This document shows positions 62,912 through 64,000 of a stretch of DNA of 64,000 nucleotides, piece by piece. The translations under genes and the position numbers were made by a program. The stretch comes from Phoronis australis. Lineage: Eukaryota; Animalia; Phoronida. The DNA lies in the NCBI GenBank assembly GCA_002633005.1, contig NMRA01000118.1:105835-169834 (forward strand). The letters run 5' to 3'. Every line of letters begins with the position of its first letter. Positions within the stretch are counted from its first letter, which is position 1. Below the pieces are notes generated by a model, which was not told the origin of the DNA, ran no database searches, and saw only the letters and a list, made by a program, of their open reading frames with translations.

Positions 62912-64000
62912 CGCAAATGATCACGCACTGATCTGAACAACGCATACCACAGTTAATATCTGTCTGCCAACTCCAGTGTAATCTTCCCGTGACGTAAGAG
63001 ATCATGTAAGAAATTTCCTCGCGCGTTTTACAAAATTGCCATTTATGGCTTAATTAAAGCTAATTACTGACTACAGTGTAATGCAACCTTTATTTGTTAA
63101 TAATTGTCAACATCTTTCAACATCAAAATGACCTTGATGTGCAAATTAAAATTTAACGCAACCTATGAAAATACAGTTTCAGTACCACCCCTTACAGACG
63201 TCTTATTTAGTTGTTCTCAAGGTAGAATGCCACCCAAAAAACAACCTATTTTGTATCAATTTAGATCGAGTAGTTCAACTCGATAACGGCATGTTCGGTT
63301 GCGTTACCTGACACCTGACGACAGACGGAGATGTTGAAATTATCCAATGACGTCATTGGTTTCACACGCAGTCTGTTCAGCAGTCCACAACACGGGTTAC
63401 TGGTGTCAGCTTATCGCTTGAATTCATCGTTTAACACCAATAAATCACCAAACTTCGATATAATATCCTTAAAAATACACAGAATTCTTATAAAAACGTG
63501 TTGTTTTATTTCGCTGTTACGGATTTGCTGGTACTTGGTCACACCGTAGACTACAAAGTTCTTCAGGCCAATTTACCAGGAGTTTTGGGGTCTGTTCGGA
63601 GATAGTTCCGAAGTATTCTTCCGTGAAATACAGCCAGGAGAACCTAGATCTGTGTTGTTTAGACTTGTGATTTTTTTAGTTCTAAACACACAAAATGCTT
63701 GTTATTCCGGCCAGTGGTTCGGAACCCGATCAGGCCAGTCGCGGCCGCCGGAACTGCCACGAACATAAACCAGCTTGAGTTGGAAACTAAACCTCCAGTC
63801 ACGAAAAGACTATAACAGTGAGCCAAAGAAATAATGTGCACGTAATTATATATGTGAATTAACCACGAAACTGAAAATCTACTTACTTGTCGGTTGCCAC
63901 GAAGTCGGGTTCGCCTTCCACAGACCGTCAGGGCAAAGGTTGTACAGCAACAATGATTTGAATAGTGTACTTGAATTTCTAACAAAGATTCCCCTAACAT

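Noticed and set aside
61317-64000. Several minus-strand exon-like segments (acceptor near 61452, donor near 63886)
   Set aside because: Could not be joined into an open frame or matched to a family; may be UTR or pseudogene

Overview
AT-rich, intron- and transposon-laden eukaryotic DNA that looks like an invertebrate animal genome. It includes a 280-N assembly gap at 35281-35560. The main gene is a 13-coding-exon SLC6 monoamine transporter on the minus strand (33706->9628, about 670 aa). I assembled it by hand with consistent intron phases. It has the TM1 Asp, a TM6 GAGFGVH motif and a NET-like HWIAI C-terminus, so it is probably an octopamine/noradrenaline-type transporter. It needs a GC-AG last intron and carries two unusual substitutions (TM3 Asn->Lys, TM8 Glu->His). 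A second gene is a ~2-kb exon of a STELLO/DUF288-like glycosyltransferase (minus strand, 47996-49966). Its 3' end runs into a Penelope-like RT fragment, and on its 5' side lies an AcademX-like transposon followed by a Gmr1-type (PR-INT order) LTR element. Also present are a TTAA-flanked 5-kb TIR transposon relic, Tx1/L1 and DIRS/Ngaro-like fragments, several MITEs, tandem repeats, a duplicated signal-peptide-like microexon, degenerate C-type-lectin-like exons and a ~120-nt structured GC-rich element ending in a T-run. Family assignments rest on recalled motifs; no database searches were run.
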